Of a stretch of 64,000 nt of DNA, positions 51,801-64,000 are shown piece by piece (positions within the stretch are counted from its first letter, which is position 1; every line of letters starts with the position of its first letter). The translations under genes were made by a program, and so were the position numbers. The stretch is taken from contig NMRA01000142.1 of the NCBI GenBank assembly GCA_002633005.1, positions 310,001 to 374,000 on the forward strand. Direction: 5' to 3'. The DNA comes from Phoronis australis (taxonomy: Eukaryota > Animalia > Phoronida). The notes below the pieces were generated by a model. It was given only the letters and a program-made list of their open reading frames with translations. It did not search any database and had not been told where the DNA came from.

Positions 51801-54800
51801 AAAACTTCACTGTGGCTGAAGTCAACTGTACCCATAGCATTTGAACTAATGTCGGACCTGCTACCATGCTGTGTTTTGGATATCTCTAAATATTCATCCA
51901 GACTGCCATGACCTGTACTAGCTTTGTCCATGTTAACCAAAATGTCTTCCTGGCTTTTGCCATTTTCTTCTTTGTCACTGGCATCATAACTTGGATTTTT
52001 ATTGGTATTTCTATCTTCTATTACAACTGTAAGTTTGTTGTCTTTTACAGTGTTCAAATCCTCTCGGTCACAAGGTGCTTTTTGCTCAATACGATCTTTC
52101 CCAGTTTCCACTTTGTTGTCTCTTTCTCTGTAACTGTCTTCAGCATCTGGGTGGACTTCGTCATTATCACTCTTTGCCTGCAAACCTGCTCCATCCTTGT
52201 TATCTTTTTTGCCGTTAATAGCATCCTCTGAATCTGTTTGAGGTTTGAAGTCTTTCTTACCTACTTGATCCATCTCCTCTGAAACACTTTCACATTGACA
52301 TTCATCGTTGGTATCATTGCCAGTGACCTCTGAACCATATGTATACACGTCATATGCCTCATATTTTTCAGTTGTCTCATTGCCCTTTTCAGACATCTCA
52401 TCAATTTCATATTTTTTATCATCAGTTTTTTCATGCCTGTCATCAGTTTCAGTGTAATCTTTTTCATCCTCTTTTGTATCTGTGTCCTGTTTTTCAGAAT
52501 ATTTTAACGCTTCTAGTTTTTGGCCTTCATCATCATTTTTATCACTGTCTTTTTCTACCTCAGTTGTGTCATCTTGGTGGATCACAGCAGCCTCTGTTTT
52601 TTCAAACAGTTCTGAATTTTCTGCGGTGTCATCTTTTGCCGTAGCTTCCACAATGTTTTCGCTGGTGTTATTGTCTTTGTCCATGGCGTCTGGGTACTTC
52701 TCCTGCTTGTTGTTGATATCTGCACTCATGTTATCAATATCTTTGTACCTAGTGCCAGCTTCTGCTTCAGTATCTTCTAAGTCTTCTTGGTCGATGGTAG
52801 CGTACAGCTCCAAATCTTCAACAGTCATGTTAACAACATCTTCTTTGACAGCAGCCTCCAAACCTTTCAGGAAGGTACCCTCTTCTTCGCATATTGTGTC
52901 ATTCTCAGCTTCTTTGTCAGTGGTTAATGAACTTTCTTGGCATATGGTATTATCCTTTTTGTCTTTGCACAATGCCTCTGAGTATTTTCCATCCTCAATT
53001 TTCTGAATGGAAGCATTGCTAGTGATCCCATCATTGTACATTTCATGTGAACATTCTCCGCTTTTGGTGGCATCTCCATCTTCACTGGCAATTGTAAAGT
53101 CTATTTTATGCACACTATCCTCATTATCTTTGTCCATGACCTCTGAGTACTTCTCTTGCTTTTTGTTGGTGGCATCTGTTGTGTTCTGAATGTGTGACAT
53201 TGTTTCAGACCTGATGCTTGTTTCTGATTCAGTGGCCTCTGTATCTTCTTGATAGATGAGAGCACACAGCTCCAAATCTTGAGCAGAGCCTTCATGACTG
53301 TCTTCAGGATATGGATCAGCTATGTCATTACCATCACTCTTTGCCTGCACACCTTCTCCATCGCTGATATTATTCTCCTTAACAGTGGCCTCTTGATCTA
53401 TTTCATGTTTGAGATCTTTCTTACCTCCTTCATCCATCTCTGAAGCACTTTTTTCTTCATTCTGGTTCACCTTGTCACCTTCTTTGTCAAAAGTTTTTGA
53501 ATCTTTTGTACAGAAGGAGTCATTATCATTGTTTTCTTCATTGTCCTCTGAATCTGCTTTGGTGACACTAATGTTGTCAAATTCTCTTTTGTTGTCATTT
53601 GAACCTTCTTGAAAGTTGACACTTTTGTCATCATTAACAACAGTCTCCTTGTCTTCATAGCTGTGGTCATTCTTGTCAGCTCTGTCAGCTACACACCTGT
53701 TGTCCTCCACAACTTCTTTTTCTGTGTTGCTTAACATCACACCAACATCGTCATCTTCATCTGCTGCATCCGAACATTCTTTGCTGTTGATACCATTCTT
53801 ATCCTCTTGATTCATGAAATCTAAAATTTCTTCCCTGTTATTACCTGTTTTATCCTTGTCTATATCATCTAAACTTTCATGGTGCGTTGTAACACTCTCT
53901 ACATTGTCTAAGGTAATAGCTTCTAAGTCGTCTTCCTCTATGGTATGCATGTTGTTATGTTTGTCCATATTCGTTGGATCGTCATTTTCTGTGGCAGTTA
54001 AACTTTTGTCTTTTTCTTGATCAGTTTTATCAAAAATTTCTTCATTGCTGGTAAGGCTTTGTTGAGCATTGTAACTTTCTTTGATTTCTGGGAGACCATT
54101 AACGTTATCAGCATCACCGTCTGCACTCTTAGAACTTGTGTCCTTTTTACTTGTATTATTTGAGTTGTCTTCATCATCTTCAATCAGGTTCGTAGCTCCA
54201 CCACTGCTATCTTCATCTCTGTTATATTTGATATCGGAACAGTCTTCATTACTGTTACTCATTCTGGTGTCCTTGTCCACAGCACCAGAACTTTGCGCAG
54301 TTGGGATGTCTTTCTCTTGGCAATCCTCATTGATAATTTTGTCCTGTCCATACTTTGCATTTTTATCTTCATTGACTGGAAGACCCTCTTGGGTGATGCT
54401 GTCATTCTTCTCTTTGTTTGTTAAGTCTAAATCTTTGGTTTGGGGAATATAAACTTCTTTTCCCTCAAATTCATTTTGCTTGGTGGTCCTATTTTCTTCT
54501 CTGCAGGTGTTGACCTCTGAATCACCATGGAAAATTGTGTCATCCCTGTCTTCTTTGTATATTGCCTCTGCGCCTGTTGCATGCCTAGCCTCATTCTGAT
54601 CAAAACTCATGTTAACAGGATCTGAACTCTCCTCATCCTTAGTCAACTTGACATCTTCAGTAGTGACATCGGAATATTCCTTGCTGCCATTGTTTTCAGG
54701 GTGGATACCCACCCTTTTAACTTCGTCATGCACACAGTTTTCAAGTGAATTGTCTTCTGACCTAATATTCACATTATCTTCAAGTTTGATATCTTCTGAG

Positions 54801-57800
54801 TCCTTTTTGCAGCTGGTGTCTTTTTCCTTGTCTTTGGTGATGCTCTGCACATCTGTTTCATATCTAGTGTCGTCATTTACTTTATCTGTCTCATGACTGC
54901 TTGCTGTTACATAACCTTGCACATCAATGGTATCATCATTGCCATCTTTTTCTGTTGCCTCTGAACTTTCTGGATACCTGGCATCATTGCTATCTTTTAC
55001 ATCAGATTCTTCCTTTTCTATGGATTTACTTTCATTGGTGCCAGTTGTTTCTAGGTGTTCTTCATTCTGGGTTTCGCTGTCATTGTTTCTATCGGCGATA
55101 TCTTCCTCCCTGCTATCATCAGCATCTTTGTCAACATGGTCAGACTGTCTTTGTCTGTAATCCACATCATCATTCTTGAAATCTGAACTCTCTTGACACT
55201 CTTCATTTTCTGCTTCATCCATGTCATTGACATGTACAACTTCTTGGTTCGTAGAATTGACTGCATTGTCAACTTGTGTTTTGCTAGTCTCCTCTAGATT
55301 TTTATCACTTTTATCACCGAGCTGGGATTTTTCTTGTCTGTTTGCATTATCAACTGTATCTATGTCTATTGAGGCTTCTTCTTGCAGGCAACTACTGTAT
55401 TCTTTCTCATCAGTGGTTTGCGTCTGTTCTGAGAACATTGCATCATTTTCTCCTTCGTTGTTGTCAACCTGTGAGTCATTTTCATGTCTGTTGTCATTAA
55501 TTTTGTCATTGTTAACTGAACTTGTCTTTCCATCTTTAGTAGTGTCCTCCAAAGCTTTTTCATACCTGTAGTTGCATGTGGTGTCTTCTTTGTTCACAAT
55601 TTCATTAATTTCTTCCATGTCTTCTTTTTCAGTAGTCTCTGAAGCCTCTTGGTCTTTTTCATATGTTGTACCAGTATCAATACTGTCATATTTTTTAGCT
55701 GGGGTGCTAAAAGCTCCTTCAAACTTGGGTTCATTTTGCACCTCTTGATTGATTGCCTCAGAGATGTTTTCATATGATAATGTTTTGCTTATGACCTTTG
55801 AACCATCTTCTTGCTTGCCTTCATTGTTCTCTTGAAGAGTTACCTGTTGACTGTTTGCAAAACTTCCAATAATCTGGATTTCAGTTCTAGTGGTCTCTAA
55901 CAGTGTTTCTTGTCTTGTAATTCCTTCTTTATTCAAACCTTCTGTATCCTGATATGTAAGATGAACATCATCTGTCTCACGCACCCCTGACAGTTCATTT
56001 GTAGCATCATTTGTATTATCTTGTGAAATTTCTTGTGTCGTAGTATTCACACATGTGTCTTTTACAATATGGCATTCTTTGTCTTCAGAAGAATCTGGTT
56101 TTTCTTCTTCCCTGATTTCATTTGTATCATTTTCAGTACTGATATCATCCTCATCTTCATTCCCGTTATCTTGATCACCAGGCCCAATTTCCGATTTATC
56201 TAGTCTTTGGGTATTTAATCTCAATTCCGCATCTGTCTTAATACCCTTGATTGTGGTATGAGAAGCTATATTCCAAATACCCTCTTCGTCTGTACCCGGT
56301 TCATGTTTGTTAACATTTCTGTTGTCTATATCACTGGTGTTTCCATTTCCTTCATCTTCAGAATTTTCGCTTGAGTCATCGCCCACATTTTTTAGTTTGG
56401 TCCCAAGACCTTCCTCACTTGTGGGATCTGCACTGGCATCTTCATCACTGTCCATCATTTTTGTATCTTTGCTTCTTTTGTAGTTCTTGATCTCTTTGTC
56501 AGTGACCTCTGGATCTTGTTCCTTTCTGGTATGATTGATTTTTGAATGTTCGGAGTTGTCTTGCGACTTGGCGTTATCTTTCAACGCTAAGGCTTCTAAG
56601 CCGTTTTCATCGCCATCCTTGTCAGAGCGTTGCTCCACTGAGTGTTCTTTACATGTGCTATCAATCTCATCATCTTCACCCTTGTCTTTCAAACTTTTTT
56701 TATGTTTCCAAAGTGTAGTTTCTTCAAATTGGATGTCATCATCTTTGTCTTTGATAACATTTTCCTTGTTTTTATCGTCTAAATCTTCTTTGAGATTGAT
56801 TGTCTCTTGACAGCCATCAGTTTCATAAGTGGTCTTAGAATCGTTATTGTATTTCAGTGTGTCACTCTTGTCTTGTTGGGTAGCAGGAACTCCTGTCTCG
56901 TCTTCATGTACAGTATCATCCAAGTTGTCATTGTCTTCTAGCATTGAATCTTTGTGTGTGGAAAGACCTTGTTCGTTGGTTGTTCTGTCATCTTTGTCAT
57001 TGGTTTCTTGGCTGTCATTGGATACTTTATTGTTTTTGTCTTGCCGTTCTGAATCCCTTTCTTGGCTTATTGCATTCTCATAGTCATTGTCTGCAGTTTC
57101 TAAACCTTTTTTCTGTGCTTCATTCTCATCAATTAGCTCATAGTTGATGAGCTCTGTACCTTGTTCGGTTCCCCTCTCATTGGATCTGTTGGTAGTTTCT
57201 GGAAATTCTTGCTTGCCATTTTCATTAGATTCTCCAGAATCACACCTTGTATCATCAGTCTCATTCTCCTTATCAATAGGCTCTTCATGTCTGGTGATGT
57301 CTTCTTCACCTCCATAAATTTTATCTGAATCTTCTTGGTGCGTTTTATGGTCCTCATTGTTTTCATCTTTAATGTTTGATCCTACTTTATACCTGGCAAT
57401 TTTTTCACCATCATGGGCAATGGTGTTTGAGCCTTTTTCCAATTGAATACTATCAACTTGATATTCAGCCTCTGAGACTTCTTCATAATTTGTTTTGTTG
57501 TTGTCTTCCTTGACTGTGCTGACTGTTTCTTCTTTAGGTCTGCTTGTAGTCTTTTCTTTGTCCAAGGTTCTTAAATCATCTTCACTGGTGCTATTTTCAT
57601 TTTTCTCCTGGATGATCTCCGTATCCTCTTGGTTCCTGGTATGGTTCTGTACCTTTTGATTTAAGTAATCTTCCTGTGACTTGTCGACGTCAGCCTCTTC
57701 ATCCATAAAGTCACATTTTTCACTGTCACCTTTCTTGTTTTTTGTGACTTCTGAACTGCCTTTGATCCTGATAACATTTTCATATTTCTCTGTAGTCTTT

Positions 57801-60800
57801 GGATCATTTTTGTCTGTGGTCTTTCTATCATCGTCAACTTTGTCAGCCTTTTTCAAGTCTTTGATCAACCATTTAGAATGTGGTACATTCTGGATTTTCT
57901 CATCAACTATGGGCACAATGTCAGATTTTTCATCTTGTGTGCTTTGTTGATCTCCTCTTTCTGTGACCTGTGAATCATCTGCATATGCGATATTGGCATA
58001 CTCTTCGGCAGTGTTTTCAGAACCTTCTTTGGCCTCAACCTCTGAATCTTCATGTGTCATGTCTTTACTGTAGTTCACATCAGATTCTTTTGAGATGTCT
58101 TCATACCAGATATGAGCATCACTATCTTCTTCCTTATCTTCTGCAATTTCTCCTATGGCTTTAGAACTTTCATTGCATCTGCTGTCATTTGTTGCATACT
58201 TGTCACTGGTCTGAGAACCTACACCCACTTTGTCAATTCCATCTTGTTTGCCTTTCACCTCCGAACTCTGGATGTCATTCATGTCACAAATTGTTGTGGG
58301 CTCTGAACCTTCATGCCAGTTAGAATTCTCATTAGATGTTTTCATACCATCTATCTTGTCTTCTTTCGTGGTATCACTTTGGTCTTCTGTGTGAGTAACT
58401 GCCAAGACTTCTTCGTATTTTGAAGTAATGTCCTTTTCATTGCCCTTAGCTTTAATTTCATCATCCTTTGTTCCAATATCTTGTTCTTTGTAAGCCTCTT
58501 TGTTGCCATTGTCTGAGACCACCAGTTCTGACTTAAGTGACGTATCATTCTCTTTTTCTGTGTCTGCAATCTCCGAGTCTTCTTCATCATGACAATGCTT
58601 GCCATCATATTGGCCTGTTGCCATTGAACCTTCTTCATCTTTGATGTTAATTTCTTGAATAGCCTTTGAGTCCTCTTGTCTGTAAATAATTTGATAATCT
58701 TTCACCATGGTTTCTCTATCTTCATTAGTCTTGTCATGTGCCATCAGATCTGAACCTCTTTCAGGGCTTGCGTTTTCGTCAACTTTGTCTACATCTACTG
58801 AATGATGTTCGTGCTCTTTTTCAGTCAACGGTGAATCATCTGCATATACAATATCTTTGTCAGATTTTAAATCTATGGTCTCTGAATCCTCTCGGCCTAC
58901 TGCAACTAGATGTCCTTGGGTGATGTCATCACAATATTCCATCACAACTGCCTCTGAACCCTCATGATACCAGGCTTCATGCTCATATTTGTATAGGACC
59001 TTTAAACCTTTTTCACTATCTTCCTCTGCCTCGGTACTTGCTATGTTTGAAGTTTCCTTGGAGCTGCTATCATTCTCTTGTTTTTTATTAGTCTGAGTAA
59101 CAGTATCTACATTGTCATTGCTATCAAGATCATCTTTCAGGTGAGATTTTGGTATTTTCCAAGTTTTGTTATCTTTCCAAGTGCCTTCATCACATGTTTC
59201 AGATTGCTCAGAACTTCTAAATGTACCGTGGCTCTCATTGTGATTGTCTTGAGTTTCAATGCTTTCTTCATTCATCGATTCATGTTCTACATCTTTGTCA
59301 GTGGTCTTCCAGGATTCTTCCTGCCTTGCAACATTCTCATTGAAATTTTCTTGGCCTTTATCAATATCATCATATTTAACGAGAACCTCTGCATGGTTTT
59401 GACTTTGAACATTTTCTTGATTTTGGTCCACTGTTTTGGGGCTAAGTTCATAACGGTTATCAGTCAAGTGAACTACATTCATGGTAACGGCATTTTCTTT
59501 TAACTTGGTAAGATTGTCTTGTTTTGTATCAATGGCCTTTAACGTATCTTCGTAGTTGCTGTTATTCTTTTCAAGTTGGGTCATTGATGTTGAAGGAGGT
59601 TCTAGATTGTTTGTTGTTAAGTGATCTTGGCTCACGGTTTCTAGGACTTCGTCAGCCGTGGTGTAATTTTTCATATCTGTATCAATCTGCTCTGAAGTAA
59701 TAGCACACCTTCTGCCGTCAGCTGCATCTGCATAGTCTAAGTCTTCTTCATGCATAGTATTAGTCTCTTGTTCGTTTTGTACAGTTCTCGTCTTTTCTTT
59801 GTGCAAATTATGGTCACTATACTCATTCTTCACTGATGCTAAACCTTCTTCATATTTGGCATCCGTTTCAGCAGGATTGTCTTTACCCATTGAGAGTTGT
59901 GTATCACGAACAAAGTCAGATCCCTTTGTGGCTACATCCTTTTCTGTCTTCTCTTCTTTGTCATTGCTATAGCCAAGCTCTGTATCATAGTCCAATTCTT
60001 GTGAATTTTGGTCATGACTGCTGTGACTGCTTTCATCTTGGTAATGGCTGTCACCCATGTCTTTTTCTTTGTTAGTTTCTGATGAACGTTCTTGACATGT
60101 GATATACTGATCATTTTCAATTGGATCTGAAATGTATGCGTAATTAATATCATCAACTGCTTTGTTGATGACTTCTGACCCTTCTTGTGCGGTATCATTG
60201 TCATACCCTGTATATTCTGGCTTTGCTTCAGAACTTTCATACTTGCCGTTTTCATGAGAGTTGTCTTTTTCAACTAGCTTGTCATAGCTGTTCTCATAAG
60301 CTTTGTTGATGTTGCGGAATCCATATTGGTGTGTGTTGTCTTTCTCATCATCTTTTCCCACTGCCTCTCCCAAATCATTGATGCACTTAGCTTCCGAGCT
60401 TAGCTTAATGCTGGCAACATTTCCTGTGTCTATGGCACTGATATCTGACTCTTTAAAGCAGGTGTCAGCATCAGAATTCTTTTTGATGATGTCTTTGGAG
60501 CTTCCAAGCCGAGAATCATTGTTGTCAGTTGTTTCTGTAACTATGAGGCTTTCCTCGTGCTTGATATTTGCGTTGTTATCTTCGTCTGTTGTTTCAGAGT
60601 TTTCTCCATCTTTGAAGTTGACCTTTGGAATCTGTCTGGCAATAGCATCACTCTCATCGTTGTCAGCATCTTCTGAACCAGTGTCATTCTTAGTGTCATT
60701 ATTGTGTGAGGCATCAAAGTCTTCTGCTAGTATGGTATCAATGTTGTTGTCTTTGTTCGTGGTTATTGACCATGCTTGTCCATACCAAGGTTCTTCTACA

Positions 60801-63800
60801 TTATACATGGTCACTGACCGTTGTTGATACATTGTGTTATTTTGTAGGCATTCGTTCTGCTTAATTTCAACATCAGTTTCTGTTTTGATGGTTTCTGACA
60901 ATTCTGGTTCATCCTTAGTTTCACGATCCTGCGTTTCATTCATGACATATGACTGTTCTTCATATCTTGTATCATTGTCGTCTTGATTGTCTTCAACAGT
61001 CTTAGCTTCTTCCAGTTTCATTTCCACCTTTGTTCCTGTATGTTGTTTAGCACCGTCATCATTTTCCCGTTTACCTTCATTTTTATCATGATCGGGCATT
61101 AGTTTGGTACATGCTTGTTCTGACTCATCAGTCTTTTTGAGTCTGTTTGTTTGTGCCACTAAGTCATTACTATTCATCAAATCATTTTTTCTTCCATTAT
61201 CAGTTTCCAGTTCAGTATAGTCTGCCTCTGTTGATGCTTCATCTGATACTTTAGCAACAGACTCTTTAATCTTGCTGTCCTCAGTATCTAGGAATGGTAG
61301 TTTATCATCTAGAAAAGCAGAGTCTGCTTTAAATATTTCTTGAACTACCTCATCCTCTAGGTGATGTTTATTTGGCTCGGGCACTATAGTTTCGTGCTCT
61401 GTTATGGTTAGTGGCAGGTGCTCTAGTTCTGTTTGTTGCAGATTGTCATGTTCAGTATGTAAAGTTATGAAGTCCTGCCGATTACGTTGGTCCTGGCTCC
61501 TATCAACTGATTGATAACTTTTTGCATCTGGCGGAATTTGTTTGTCATCATTATCCGATGGTGTTGATATTTTCTTGTCTTCTGTGGACCCAGTTGATGA
61601 TGATGCTTCATTGATACTTTTACTCTCTGGTTCTGATTCTGCCAACTGGTTGCTGGGTAACTGGTCGCTGATACTTGCTTGTAATGAAAAACTGTGTGCA
61701 GCTCCATCTACTTGAAACTGGTGTGGAGCATCACTTTTTGATGTTGATTCCACCTGCGCCGCATGGTCATGCTCTAACAATTGTTTATGATCATGCATAG
61801 TGTCTTCAGTTGACGTTGGTTCTTGAACTTTTTGTACGGTTTCCCTTTGGCTGTGGATAGAGTCTCCTGGTACAATTACACAAGTGTCTATCTCATCCTC
61901 GATTGCTTGCTCCATGCTACTGTCTTCCATTTCATGTTCGTGAAGTTCTTTCATATCGGTTTCCTTGGTGATACTTGGTTTCACTTCCACATGCTCTAAA
62001 GCGTCCTCCCTGTTAGATGTCTCTGCTGCACTTTTGCTACCTCCCTCTCTCAGTTGGTCACTACTAGTCATGTGATAGATAATTTCATCAGTTGTTTCTA
62101 TATCTAACCTTACACCATTGTTATCATTGCCATGGTTAGCTTCCCACACTTCAGCCAAAGACTCATTCTCATGTCTGACATTGTCTTGTGTCTTCAATTC
62201 ATGGTCTCCTAAATCTATGCTTTCATTTGTGGCATTACCTGTCTGTGCTGGAACACCGTCTGTTTCAGACTGTAATGATAGGCATGATGCTGCCTGTGAT
62301 GTCTCTGTTACCATTGGTCGTTTGTCCATGGATTTGTCGTCATTTGTTGGTCGATGAAGTACTGGCACTGTACTAAGCATCGTTCCTTGTTCAGGCAGTA
62401 AGTCACACCTGTTTACAGATTCAAGTCTAATTGATGGTATTGTGGACCATACAGAGATTTCACTTGGTATCTGCATTTTGTCATCTGTAGTACTTTTTGT
62501 GGGCGTGATTCCTTTGCGATTAATCTGTGGTTCTTCAAGAATTATCTCATGTTGCATTGACTGAATGTATAGGTCTTCCTTCGAGTTAACTGAGACATCT
62601 TGGGTTTCACTTGTGCCTCTTATGCCCATGGTCTTGTTCTTGGTTTTTTGTTCAGCTTCATTTGTTTCCTGAGCTGTAGTGCTGATGTTTTTACCAAAGT
62701 GTAATTGGATAAGCTCTTTCTCATCTGTAAGTACCATAGTTCGAGCTCTGCTTTCGTCTTTCCATGGACTATCCACAGATGTCAGTGTACTTCTAGCCTC
62801 TGATCCATGCATTCTTGTTTGGATCCTCTCATTCATTTGCATACTGTCAAATATGTATTTTGTTCTTCTCTTTGCTATAGTGTGTAGATTCTCCTTGGTT
62901 TCTTTGACAACAAGAGGCTCGTCAACGCATGCGTCATCTTCTGCTGTAACATTTAACTTCTCCCTGTCTTGAGCTTCTTGCCAATCAGTTCCAGTGATTA
63001 TTTGGTTGTCTATTCTGTCCACTGGTTGTTGTCTGTTTGATACAGTTTCGTGGTCTATGTAATTGCTTGTCAGCTGCTTGTCACTTATATCTGTTGTCAT
63101 CAATTGGGCTGCTGGTGTTCTTTCTGGAGGAAGAATTTGGAATAAATCATTTAATGTCTGTGTTGGCCTTGTTATAATGACAGCAGCTACATGTGGTTCA
63201 TCAACAGCTTGTTCGGCAACCCCGTCAACTTTGATGAAACGTAAACTGACTTCTTTTCTTGTTACCACATCACTTCTGTCCTTATCTAGTGACTCCAGTG
63301 ACAATTTCTTCACTGGTGTTGTTTCTTTGTCAGTCCGTTGAAGAGGGCTTTGCTCATTCATAACTTCTTGACAGTTACCAATCTTCCTGACCCGATTGTC
63401 ATCGTCACTTTCCTGATTGTTTTGTCTGACTGTTTCATTCCTTGCACGTGGACCTAATTCTTGAATTATGTCATGTGTGATTGAATAGTTTATATCAACC
63501 GCTGCCTCTTCAGTTTCAAACTTTGTTGGATGTGCTTCTTCTCTTGAATTTTTTTCATGATCTTCTTCCTGTGGTTCTTGTGATACTTCGTTTTCTGACT
63601 CCGGGGTTGGTGTTTTAGACAGAATTTCCAAGTCCGTTATCAGCTGCTCATAGCTCTGACTTATTTTTGTTGTCTGACCTAAGCTTCCTTTTGGAACCAT
63701 TCTTTCCTCTAGTTCTAGACTCAGATCTTTTATGTCCAATGGGCTTTTGTCTTTCCAACATAATTTTGTGTACGGTACAGTCTGACTGCTCAACTGTATT

Positions 63801-64000
63801 TTGTGGAGCTGAGTTGATGTTGCTTGCGGAAGCGAACTGTCTGATTCACGTCGTGGTCGATCTCCATTCACTTCAGGAGGACGTTTGATGTCGGGGATGG
63901 CGTCTAAACTTCTGTGACCTCTGTGCTTTTTATGCAAAGGTTCCAGCATGTATTTTACAGTTGTTGATGTAGAAGAAACCCCACCGTCATCTGTCTGTTG
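23526..64000 (-). CDS. Giant intronless ORF / terminal exon encoding at least 13,080 aa of acidic, repeat-rich, probably intrinsically disordered protein (5'-incomplete)
   Basis: The 9993-aa ORF (33968-63949) and the 3492-aa ORF (23526-34004) join in frame once the 1232-nt duplicate at the N join (34047-35278) is removed. The frame is still open to 64000 (QQTDDGGVSSTSTTVKY precedes the listed Met). Composition is dominated by D/E/T/S/N/K/Q. Indels seen between internal repeat copies preserve the frame. No folded domain or transmembrane segment was recognised. Confidence 0.9.
28130..31250 (-). repeat. Coding tandem repeat, ~576-579 bp / ~193 aa (four full and two internally deleted units)
   Basis: Shadow ORFs recur at 29164, 29743 and 30319. 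Protein unit KPVGEETIxKxRQEGRED..NRLQ.F.DQTTLKTIEPATL...QLQQFSDQTAFKVFEPATP...ESLKGQGATTRKENAEAVTLS. Confidence 0.92.
32813..35278. other. Probable assembly artefact: overlapping contig ends (two haplotypes) joined by a single N
   Basis: 32813-34046 (1234 bp) and 34048-35278 (1231 bp) are near-identical, differ by scattered SNPs and one 3-bp indel, and directly abut the lone N at 34047. Confidence 0.88.
40700..53500 (-). repeat. Coding tandem repeat, ~1.62-1.64 kb / ~545 aa; three near-identical central units plus diverged or truncated flanking units
   Basis: Anchor encoding (Q)HGSR near 45328, 46945, 48580, 50218 and 51859 (spacing 1617-1641 bp), with a diverged copy near 42260. Outer boundaries are approximate. 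Confidence 0.9.

Noticed and set aside
23455-63888. Dozens of 60-200 aa plus-strand and alternate-frame ORFs (Ser/Leu/Phe/Val-rich)
   Set aside because: These are antisense or frame shadows of the biased, repetitive giant ORF. They recur with its repeat period and show no TERT TRBD/RT motifs.

Overview
AT-rich metazoan (invertebrate-like) genomic DNA with spliceosomal introns; this is not a prokaryotic window. Three genes are supported. (1) A complete apolipoprotein D-like lipocalin with four coding exons on the minus strand (9009-11696). (2) The 5' part of a telomerase reverse transcriptase (TERT) gene on the plus strand: five in-phase exons (17272-22649) encoding the TEN domain and a long linker, with no TRBD/RT/CTE exons in the window. 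(3) A giant intronless reading frame on the minus strand from beyond 64000 down to 23526. It is split only by a single-N scaffold join at 34047 that duplicates about 1.23 kb; removing the duplicate gives at least 13,080 continuous codons (about 39 kb) of acidic, repeat-rich, probably disordered protein. It lies antisense immediately downstream of a TERT splice donor, so it is apparently nested in a TERT intron longer than 41 kb. The first 21 kb also holds a Penelope-like GIY-YIG retroelement fragment with a hammerhead-ribozyme-like motif, a LINE ORF1 relic, two copies of a ~2 kb interspersed repeat, several MITE/foldback elements and microsatellites. All family assignments come from motif recognition by eye; no database search was run.
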